Part shown: one piece after another, positions 1-8,300 of the stretch
How the letters are laid out: the number at the start of each line of letters is the position of its first letter
How positions within the stretch are numbered: position 1 is the stretch's first letter
Origin: Gemmatimonadota bacterium
GTDB lineage: Bacteria; Gemmatimonadota; Gemmatimonadetes; Gemmatimonadales; Gemmatimonadaceae
DNA: 34,673 nt
Direction: 5' to 3'
Assembly: GCA_031372565.1 (NCBI GenBank)
Contig: JANMLN010000120.1
Span: 1 to 34,673, forward strand
Program-made: the position numbers and the translations under genes
The notes under the pieces: generated by a model
Told to the model about the DNA's origin: nothing
The model's database searches: none
What the model saw: the letters and a program-made list of their open reading frames with translations, nothing else

Positions 1-23
1 TCCTTCGCTCCGCTCAGGACGAC
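1..23. repeat. Partial REP/REPIN-like element (one arm), cut by the window start
   Basis: TCCTTCGCTCCGCTCAGGACGAC is the exact reverse complement of GTCGTCCTGAGCGGAGCGAAGGA found at 1580 and 1613; it lies 6 nt past the imuB stop. Confidence 0.85.
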
Positions 24-29
24 GACGGC

Positions 30-1886
30 TCAATCGATCCACCCCTGCAGGAACCACCCGCGCTCCGGTGCCTGCCGGTCGCGGAACAACACCACATCGG
101 CCCGGGCGTCGCCGTCGAGCGCGCCCTCGCCCCGCCAGTAATCCCGCTGCCACGGCGACGCCCACCACTCGCCCCCCAACCGCTCGGGGCCCTGCACGCG
201 CGCCAGCACCACGCGTCGCCCGTCCCACCAGAGCGCGCGCGGCCGCCCCTCGGCCACTTCCACCTCCACCGGCGCCGCCGGTGTGAACGTGCGCATCGCG
301 CCGAGCGCGTCACCGGTGCTCGGCGCAGCCTCGGGGGGAAAGCCGTCGGCCAAGGGCGACACGACGGCCGCCACCGGCGTGTGCGCGGTGTGGCCGTGCG
401 CCACATCCTCCCACACACCGGCCCCCTCGGGGCGGTGCGTGTCGCGCACCGCCGGGTGCACGACCGTGCCGGGCCCGAGTTCGGCGCGGAGTCGCGCGAG
501 CGCCGCGTCGGCTGCGGCCGGATCGCGCCACGCCGCATCGAGCAATCCGCCCTGTTCGCCGCCCATCGGCGCGGTGGCGGTGATGGCCACTTCCACCGCG
601 AGCACGGGCGCGGGGAGCGTCCATGTATCGAGCAGTGCGCGACACCGCTCGAAGAGCGGGGCCATGCGCGCGAGCGGCTTGGGACAGCGCACTTCGCGCG
701 TGACCGTGTGCGCGCGGTGACGTTCGGGACGCGCGGCGCGCGCATCGTCGAGGGTGAGCGTGATGGCAACCACGGCTGCTGCACGCGCATCGGCCACGAG
801 TTCGGTGACGAGTCGGTCGAGCGCGGCGCGCACCAGGAAGAGCACCGGGTCGAGCGTGGCCGCCGGCACCGGGAGCTCTGCCGCCACCGTTCGCGGGCGT
901 TCGGCGCGCACGAGCGAGGGACGGCGCGCGTCCTCACCGCGCGTGAGCCGCCACGCCACCAGCCCCTGTTCGCCCCAGCGCGCTTCGACATCGTCGGGGG
1001 CGAGCGCGGCCAAGGCGCCCGCCGTTTCGAGACCGAGCGCGATCAGGCTCTCGCGCACTTCGGCGTCCATGGGGACGAGGGCGAGCGGGGCAGGGGCGAG
1101 GTAGGCCGCGCCCGCACCGGCCTGCACGATGACGCTGCGTGTCCCGGCGCGCGTCGCCACGCCGCGCCGCACGGCGTCATCGCTGTCGCCCCACGTCGCG
1201 GCGCGCGCGACCACGCAGGCGTCGGCGATCGCCACGCGCGCCTCGGGATGCCAGGCGTGGGCAATGCGCTCGAGCGTCTCGACCAGTGCGACTTCGCCCC
1301 CCACGCCATCGAAGCCGGTCGCTCCCACCCACCAGGTGCCCGGCGCACCGGCGGCTGGCGTGACTTGCGGACTCGCGGCAACGAAGGCGGCGGTCACGCG
1401 CAGCACCGCGTCGGCGAGCACGGTGGCGTCGTGCGGCACGAGGGTGAGATCGGCGCAGCGCGCGCGGGCCTCGGCCACCGTCATGCCGGCGCGCAGCCGC
1501 TTGGCCGCGGCGGCGGCGGACACGGTGGTGAGGCGTTGTGCGTCGACGACGGCGACGGGCGTGGTATCCCAGTCGCTCCGTCGTCCTGAGCGGAGCGAAG
1601 GACCTGCTTCTGGTCGTCCTGAGCGGAGCGAAGGACCTGCTTCTTGTTCGTCGTCGTGCGTGCGCGACAAAGCAGGTCCTTCGACTGCGCGCCCCTGCGG
1701 GGCGCTCCGCTCAGGACGACGGGGGAGCGAAGGTGCCGTTGACGAGTCGGGCCTCCCCGGCTCGTCGAGCGCGAGCGCCAGCTGCCACGCGCCCACGACG
1801 TGCGCCACGGGCAGCGCCGGCCGCCACAGCGCGGCGATCGGGAACCTCGGGATGCGTACACAGGCGACGCGCCACACGGATTGCAC
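30..1886 (-). CDS. imuB: ImuB-like catalytically inactive Y-family DNA polymerase (mutasome scaffold), 618 aa
   Basis: GTG start at 1886 with GGAGGT 5 nt upstream. IMS-like segments (AAAAKRLRAGMTVAEARARC, LIALGLETAGALAAL) and the ImuB C-terminal signature GPERLGGEWW...RDYW...WFLQGWID. The catalytic acidic motifs of active Y-family polymerases are absent. Directly downstream of an imuA-like gene. Confidence 0.9.
   Translation of the reverse strand: MQSVWRVACVRIPRFPIAALWRPALPVAHVVGAWQLALALDEPGRPDSSTAPSLPRRPERSAPQGRAVEGPALSRTHDDEQEAGPSLRSGRPEAGPSLRSGRRSDWDTTPVAVVDAQRLTTVSAAAAAKRLRAGMTVAEARARCADLTLVPHDATVLADAVLRVTAAFVAASPQVTPAAGAPGTWWVGATGFDGVGGEVALVETLERIAHAWHPEARVAIADACVVARAATWGDSDDAVRRGVATRAGTRSVIVQAGAGAAYLAPAPLALVPMDAEVRESLIALGLETAGALAALAPDDVEARWGEQGLVAWRLTRGEDARRPSLVRAERPRTVAAELPVPAATLDPVLFLVRAALDRLVTELVADARAAAVVAITLTLDDARAARPERHRAHTVTREVRCPKPLARMAPLFERCRALLDTWTLPAPVLAVEVAITATAPMGGEQGGLLDAAWRDPAAADAALARLRAELGPGTVVHPAVRDTHRPEGAGVWEDVAHGHTAHTPVAAVVSPLADGFPPEAAPSTGDALGAMRTFTPAAPVEVEVAEGRPRALWWDGRRVVLARVQGPERLGGEWWASPWQRDYWRGEGALDGDARADVVLFRDRQAPERGWFLQGWID
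1580..1720. repeat. REP/REPIN-like composite palindrome inside imuB: two direct copies and one inverted copy
   Basis: GTCGTCCTGAGCGGAGCGAAGGACCTGCTTCT at 1580-1611 and 1613-1644 (33-bp period). Inverted arm AAGCAGGTCCTTCG...CTCCGCTCAGGACGAC at about 1670-1720 with an internal hairpin CGCCCCTGCGGGGCG. Same family as the window-end repeats. Confidence 0.9.
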
Positions 1887-2697
1887 GGTCTACCTCCACC
1901 GATTCGAGTCGTCCCCCTTTTTCCACGCGAATGACCACGGGGCGCTGGGCCACGCCGGGCGGGGATGTCCCCGGCGGATCCATGGGCGCCAATCGCAGCG
2001 CGGGCGGCGCGGGCCCGGTGCGCGCGAGCCGTTCCCGCGCGAGCGATCCCAGGTGCGGCCACGCCGAGCGACTCGCGCCGCGTCGCCCCGCGAGCACATC
2101 GGGGTTCACGCGTTCCACACGCAGCCGCACCGCGCCTCCCAAGTGCGTGGCCTGTCCCGGTGCGCCGCTCACGACGAAGGCCGCGTCGCGCTCACGCGCG
2201 AGCCCCATGAGGCGGACCGCAATGGCACGTGACACCGCGGGCGCGCCGTCGAGCACCACGAGGGCGAAGGCGCCACTCCGGAGCAGTACGTCGGCGCACC
2301 ACGCGCCGCGGGCCGCTTCGGGTGGGCGCACCACCACGAGCCGCGAGGCATCGGGCACGATCCCCCACGCGGCAGCGCCCGCCGCGCGGAGCTGTGCGGC
2401 CGGGATCACGCCGGTGAGGGCGCCCACGACCCAATCGCGCGCATCGAGCGTACAGCCCGCATCGACGATGGCGACCGCCGCCCCCTGCGCGATGGTGGCG
2501 GCCACGAGGCGACGGAGCACGGTGGTGCGCCCACTCCCGGCGGCGCCGACCAGTTCGGTGAGGCGTCCGCGCGGGAGACCGCCGGCCAGGAGCAGGGCAT
2601 CGAGCGCGGGGACTCCGGTGGGGAGTCCCGGCGCCGCGGGCCGCTCCGGGGCGACGACCGTGGCGAGCTGCGCGCGGAGAAGGGCGAGTGACGACAT
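1711..2697 (-). CDS. imuA: ImuA / RecA-like protein with degenerate Walker A
   Basis: LPTGVPALDALLLAGGLPRGRLTELVGAAGSGRTT (Walker A Lys replaced by Arg), AIVDAG, and WCADVLLRSGAFALVVLD. ATG at 2697 (MSSLALL) chosen; the ORF is open to 2769. Upstream of imuB. Confidence 0.85.
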   Translation of the reverse strand: MSSLALLRAQLATVVAPERPAAPGLPTGVPALDALLLAGGLPRGRLTELVGAAGSGRTTVLRRLVAATIAQGAAVAIVDAGCTLDARDWVVGALTGVIPAAQLRAAGAAAWGIVPDASRLVVVRPPEAARGAWCADVLLRSGAFALVVLDGAPAVSRAIAVRLMGLARERDAAFVVSGAPGQATHLGGAVRLRVERVNPDVLAGRRGASRSAWPHLGSLARERLARTGPAPPALRLAPMDPPGTSPPGVAQRPVVIRVEKGGRLESVEVDRAIRVARRLCTHPEVPDRRAVAAGAARGARRGRVAAGARARRAGEARLVNGTFAPPSS

Positions 2698-2781
2698 GAA
2701 CAGCGGCCGAGGAGTGCGCCGCCCTGGTGCGAGTGGAGCCTGTGTTGCGCCCGTGCGGCCCGGATTCACGCGCGGGGAAGG

Positions 2782-2809
2782 AGAATACCGAACAAATACC
2801 GAAAGTCAA
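2782..2809 (-). promoter_or_regulatory. sigma70-like promoter of imuAB overlapped by a direct-repeat operator (candidate LexA/SOS box)
   Basis: Minus strand reads TTGACT-16 nt-TATTCT. AATACCGAA occurs twice on the plus strand (2784-2792, 2795-2803), giving GAAC-N7-GAAA between the two boxes. Confidence 0.7.
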
Positions 2810-2897
2810 GCAGTAACGAAATCGTTCGTCGAGCCATGGGGATAAAGCATGACTCGTCGATTCGTAATTGTCCTAGTTATGGCTTTCTTATGGCTTC

Positions 2898-3299
2898 TTA
2901 CTGGCTCTTCACTTTCCGCCAAACGACCCAAATACAGACGGCAGCCAGAACGCCCACGACCCCCGCGCCGGCCCAGATCGCCGACACCGCATCCTTCGGA
3001 ACGTCCACAAGAAACGGCACCGACAACACGAGTGTCGTGTTCGCCACCCCCCATGCCGCCACAGCGTACGGGGCCCACGCTTGCCGCCGCCACACCGCGA
3101 GTACACAGGCGAGCGCCGTCGCGAGCGTCACGGCGTGCCAGAGCACGATTGCCCCGGGATCGCTGTCCTGTCCCCGAAGCCACTGCACGATCAGCAACAC
3201 ATCGGCCGAGGCCGCCGCCGTAAACACCGCGGCCAGTGTGTACTGCCACGGCTCACGCGAACGGGGAGAAATGGGGCTGGTCACCCCCAACGGTAGCAC
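2898..3299 (-). CDS. Small hypothetical integral membrane protein (about 4 TM helices)
   Basis: Four hydrophobic segments and a basic C-terminus (WRKVKSQ). Start uncertain (3299 or GTG at about 3284). Confidence 0.65.
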   Translation of the reverse strand: MLPLGVTSPISPRSREPWQYTLAAVFTAAASADVLLIVQWLRGQDSDPGAIVLWHAVTLATALACVLAVWRRQAWAPYAVAAWGVANTTLVLSVPFLVDVPKDAVSAIWAGAGVVGVLAAVCIWVVWRKVKSQ

Positions 3300-3723
3300 C
3301 TCGGCACGAGCGCGTCATCCCGGTCGTCCCTCGGCAGGGGTGGCTCCCCCGAACACCACGCCCATCAGGGAACCGCGAAGGGGGCTCACCGACTTCAGTT
3401 ATCCTGCCAAATCGAAGCGGTCGGGCCGACCAGAAAGCGTCCTTCCCTGATGTCGCCGGAACGCACTTTCGGAGTATCTTTCACGGCACGACGCGGCAGT
3501 CGCCCGAAACAGGCAGCGGCGGCCTGCTTCAGTCGGATCGGCGGCGCGACAACTGCGCCGTTCCAACGCAGCGTAGCTGTGTAAACATCCAGGGGCGACC
3601 GTCTCGGGCCGCCCCCTTCTGCTGCGTGGAACTTTCCGGTGCTGTCGGGACGCTCTGCGGCGGCATTCTTCGAATCTTTTTCTTCCGGTCGTTCCTCGCG
3701 AAGCCGGTTTGCGGGTTTTCAGC

Positions 3724-5346
3724 ATGAGCTTTGGTGCCGTTGGTGCGTTGCGTCCCACGACGGTCCTCCCGGTGTTCGATGCCGAGGGGATCGCGGCCGT
3801 GGTGCGTCAGGTGCGAGAGCCGGTGCACGTGGTGTATGACCCACGGCTGGCCACGCCGGCGCTTGGTCTCTGTATCGGCGGCGAGGTGCTCCCCCAGCGC
3901 GAGCAGGGCCCCACGGATTACGCCTTGCTGGCCACCCTGCCCGCCACGTACCCGGAGTGGCTCGGCGATCGCAGCTTCAACGAGGCGCACGGCGTGCGCT
4001 TCCCCTACGTGGCCGGTGAAATGGCCAACGGCATCGCGACCACCGACATGGTGATCGGGATGGCCCGTGCGGGGATGCTCGGCTTCTTCGGCGCCGGTGG
4101 CCTCGGCTACGAGCGCGTGGAAGCCGGCATTGCCACGATCAGCGAGGCACTCGGAGACGACCAACGGTGGGGGGTGAACCTGATTCATTCGCCCGCCGAG
4201 CCGGAACTGGAGGACCGCGTTGCGGACCTGCTCATCCGGCGTGGCGTCCCGCGCATCTCCGCATCCGCGTTCATGGCGCTGACCCCCTCGGTGGTGCGCT
4301 GCTCGGCGGCGGGTCTGACGGTGGATGCGGCCGGGCAGATCGTGCGCCGGCATCATGTGTTCGCCAAGATCTCCCGCGCCGAAGTGGCGGCCCAGTTCAT
4401 GGAGCCTGCGCCGGTCGAGATGCTGCAGCAGCTGGTGGCAGCGGGGAAGATCACCGCCGCGGAGGCGGAGCTGGCGCGCCGTGTGCCGGTGGCCGAGGAC
4501 ATCACGGTCGAAGGGGACAGCGGCGGACACACCGACAACCAGACGCTGGTCGCACTGGTGCCGCGGATCCTCGCGCTCCGCGACGAGCTCTGTGCGAAGC
4601 ACGGGTACACGCGTGAGATCCGGGTTGGCGCGGCGGGCGGACTGGGCACTCCCAGCGCGGTGGCGGCAGCGTTCGCCCTCGGTGCTGCGTATGTCGTGAC
4701 CGGCTCGGTGAACCAGAGTGCGGTCGAGGCCGGGCTCTCCGACGCGGCCAAGGGAATGCTGGCGCAGGCCGGCATTGCCGACGTTGCCATGGCGGCGGCT
4801 GCCGACATGTTCGAACTTGGCGTCAAGCTGCAGGTGCTCAAGCGCGGCACCATGTTCGCGGCGCGCGCCAACAACCTGTACGAGGTGTATCGGAGTTACG
4901 ACAGTCTCGAGGCGATGCCGGCCGACGTCCGCACCAAGGTGGAAACCAAGGTCATGGGCGCGACGCTGGACACGGTGTGGCGCGAGACCGAAGCGTTCTG
5001 GACCATGCGCGACGCCGGACAGGTCGAGCGGGCCAAGAGCGACCCGAAGCATCGGATGGCGCTCGTGTTCCGGTGGTATCTCGGCAAGTCCAGCCGCTGG
5101 GCGATCGAAGGCGATCCGGCGCGCCGCGCTGACTATCAGATCTGGTGCGGACCCGCGATGGGCGCGTTCAATGCCTGGGTCGCCGGGACCTTCCTCGCCG
5201 AGCCTGGCGAGCGCACTGTTGTCCAGATCGCACTCAACCTGCTCGAGGGAGCCGTCGTGGTCGCTCGCAGTCAGCAGCTCCGTGCCTTTGGTGTTCCCGT
5301 TCCTGCAACGGCGCTGAGCTTCCGTCCACGTCGTCTCAGTCTCTGA
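3724..5346 (+). CDS. pfaD: PfaD/Pfa1-type FMN-dependent enoyl-ACP reductase of a PUFA synthase
   Basis: YVAGEMANGIA, WGVNLIHSP, EGDSGGHTD, GAAGGLGTP, AADMFELGVKLQVLKRGTMF, DPKHRMALVFRWY, DYQIWCGPAMGAFN. ATG at 3724 chosen. Confidence 0.95.
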   Translation: MSFGAVGALRPTTVLPVFDAEGIAAVVRQVREPVHVVYDPRLATPALGLCIGGEVLPQREQGPTDYALLATLPATYPEWLGDRSFNEAHGVRFPYVAGEMANGIATTDMVIGMARAGMLGFFGAGGLGYERVEAGIATISEALGDDQRWGVNLIHSPAEPELEDRVADLLIRRGVPRISASAFMALTPSVVRCSAAGLTVDAAGQIVRRHHVFAKISRAEVAAQFMEPAPVEMLQQLVAAGKITAAEAELARRVPVAEDITVEGDSGGHTDNQTLVALVPRILALRDELCAKHGYTREIRVGAAGGLGTPSAVAAAFALGAAYVVTGSVNQSAVEAGLSDAAKGMLAQAGIADVAMAAAADMFELGVKLQVLKRGTMFAARANNLYEVYRSYDSLEAMPADVRTKVETKVMGATLDTVWRETEAFWTMRDAGQVERAKSDPKHRMALVFRWYLGKSSRWAIEGDPARRADYQIWCGPAMGAFNAWVAGTFLAEPGERTVVQIALNLLEGAVVVARSQQLRAFGVPVPATALSFRPRRLSL

Positions 5347-5381
5347 ATTCGCCCCTGTTTCTCGAGCATCATCACGCCCGC

Positions 5382-8300
5382 ATGACCCACTCAGCAGAGA
5401 CCGACGCGTTGTCCACCAGTCATCGCATGCATCCCATTGCCGTGGTCGGCCTGGGTGCGCTCTTCCCCGGTTCGTCGACGGTCGGCGGATACTGGCGCGA
5501 CATCATCGAAAGCCGGGACCGCCTGACCGAGGTGCCGCGCTCGCATTGGCTGCGTGACGACTACTTCGATCCCACGCCGGGCACGGCCGACAAGATCTAC
5601 GCCACGAAGGGTGGGTTCATGCCGTCGGTGGAGTTCTCGCCGCTCGAGTTCGGCATGCCGCCCAATGCGATGCCGTCGACCGATACGGCGCAGCTGCTGG
5701 CGTTGGTCGTGGCCAAGCGCGTGCTCGAAGAAGCGACGCGCGGCAAGTACGAGTCGGTGGATCGCTCGCGGATGAGCGTGGTGCTGGGGGTCGCCTCGGC
5801 CACCGAACTGGTGGCGCACATGTCGGGGCGCCTGCAGCGCCCGGTGTGGGAGTACGCGATGCGTCAGGCGGGACTGGACGACGAGGAAGTGGCGCGCATC
5901 AGCAAGGTGATCGACGGCTGCTATGTGCCGTGGCAGGAGAGCACGTTCCCCGGCTTGCTGGGCAACGTGGTGGCGGGGCGCATCACGAATCGGCTGGACC
6001 TGGGCGGGACCAACGCGGTGGTCGACGCGGCGTGCGCCGGATCGCTCGCGGCGATGGCCATGGCCGTGAACGATCTCGCGCTCGGCAACTCCGATCTCGT
6101 GATCACCGGCGGTGTCGACGCGCTGAACGACATCCTGATGTACATGTGCTTCGCGCAGACGGGCGCGTTGTCGGTGAGCGGCGATTGTCGCCCGTTCAGC
6201 GATCAGTCTGACGGCACGATGCTCGGCGAAGGGATCGGCATGCTCGCGCTGCGACGCCTCGAGGACGCGGAGCGCGACGGCGATGCGATCTATGCGGTGA
6301 TCCGCGGGCTCGGTTCGTCGTCGGACGGCAAGGCGAAGAGCATCTATGCGCCATCGGCGCGCGGTCAGACGCTCGCGCTGCGTCGTGCGTACGAGCGCGC
6401 CGGCTACGGCCCGGAAACGGTGGGCCTCGTGGAAGCGCATGGCACGGGCACGGTGGCCGGCGACATGGCGGAGTTCGAAGCGCTCAAGCAGGTGTTCGAG
6501 GAAGCGGACACGCCGGCGGGACACTGCGCGCTGGGCTCGGTGAAGGCGCAGATCGGCCACACCAAGGCCGCTGCCGGTGCAGCGGGCATGATCAAGGCGG
6601 TGCTGGCGCTGCACCACAAGGTGCTGCCGCCGACGGTCAAGGTGCGCGCCCCCAACCCCAAGCTGGGTATCGACGACAGCCCGTTCTACCTGAGCACGGA
6701 AGCGCGTCCGTGGGTGCATGCCGCGTCGTATCCGCGTCGCGCCTCGGTGAGTGCGCTGGGGTTCGGCGGCACCAACTTCCATGTGGCGCTGGAGGAGTAC
6801 ACCGGTCCCTCCGAACATCCGTTGCGTCTGCGCACGCTGCCGGCCGAGTTGCTGCTGCTGTCTGCCGACACCCCGGCCGCACTCGCCTCCTCGTGCCGTG
6901 CCATGGCCACGGCGTGCACGACCGAGGGTGCGCTGGAGCATGTGGCCAAGCGGTCGCAGGCCGCGTTCAGTGCAGCGGCGGCGGCACGTGTGTCGGTGGT
7001 CGCGAGCGATGAAGCCGATGCGCGCGAGAAGCTCGCGTTCGCGGCGGAGATGATCGAGAAGACGGTGGCGGCGGGTGGCACATCGTTCTCGTCGCCCAAG
7101 GGGGTGTCGTACGGCACCGGCGCGCCCGATGGCAGCGTCGCGTTCCTCTTCCCCGGTCAGGGGAGCCAGTACGTGGGCATGGGTGGTGAACTTGCCATGC
7201 ACTTCGATGCGATGCGCGAGGTGCTCGACGCGGCGACGGCGACGGTGGGTGACGCGGCGATCGGCGACACGCTTGCCGCGCGCCTGTTCCCGCAGCCGGT
7301 GTTCAGCGATGCCGCGCGCACGGTGCAGGGCACGCGCTTGTCGGAGACGGAGTGGGCACAGCCGGCGATCGCCGCGACCAGCCTCGGGATGTTGCGGATG
7401 CTGGACGGTCTGGGTGTGCAGCCGAGCGTCGTGGCCGGACACAGCCTCGGCGAAGTGACGGCTGCAGTGGCGGCCGGGATGTTCGACGCCGAGACGGGCG
7501 TGGCGGTGGCGCGCAAGCGCGGCGAGTTGATGGCCGCGGCCAGCGAGACGCCGGGGACGATGACGGCGGCGGCGTCGGATCCGGCCACGGTGACACGCGT
7601 GGTGGCGGGGATCGACGTGGTGCTCGCCAATCACAACAGCCCCACGCAGGTGGTGTTGTCGGGCGCGGTGACGGAGGTCGTGCGCGCAGAGCAGGCGCTG
7701 GTCGCGGCGGGGATTGATGCGCGCCGCCTGCGCGTGTCCAATGCGTTCCACTCGCCGCTCGTGCATGCCTCGGTGGAGCCGTTCCAGGAGTTCCTGCGCG
7801 GCGTTCGCGCATCGGCGCCACGTGTGCCGTACTACGCCAACGCGACCGCTGCGGCGTATCCCGTCGATGCGGTTGCGGCCTGCACGCAGCTCGCTGAAGC
7901 CATTGCGGAGCCGGTGCGGTTCGTGGAACAGATCGAGGCGATGTACGCCGCCGGTGCGCGCACGTTCATCGAAGTCGGCCCTGACGCGGTGCTGTCGCGC
8001 TTGACCGAGCGGTGCCTCGCGGGGCGTCCGCATCTCGCGGTGCCGCTCGATCAGCGTGGGAAGTCGGGGGTGACGGCGCTGTTCATGGCGCTCGGTCGTC
8101 TGGCGTCTGCCGGTGTGTCGTTCAACACGGACTCGCTCTGGCACGGGCAACGCTTGCCGGAGGACCCCGCCACGAAGCAGAAGGCGAAGTTCAGCATCGA
8201 GCTCAACGGCGCGAACTACGGCAAGCCGTATCCGCCGCGCGAACCGGAAGTGCGCGTGCCGCGCCCGGCCGCGGTGAAGGCGATTGCGGCACCGGTCGTC

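Noticed and set aside
1580..1644. Two identical 32-bp repeats as a CRISPR array
   Set aside because: Only 1 nt separates them, so there are no spacers; no cas genes are present; the unit matches the dispersed REP family.
2849..3223. Plus-strand ORF with a signal-peptide-like start (MTRRFVIVLVMAFLWLL)
   Set aside because: The remainder is low-complexity Arg/Pro and lies antisense to a more convincing 4-TM protein; the hydrophobic start reflects the AT-rich patch.
3340..3480. 6S RNA or a known riboswitch
   Set aside because: The closing stem spans only about 90 nt and I could not find the conserved motifs of a known family; kept only as an unassigned structured region.
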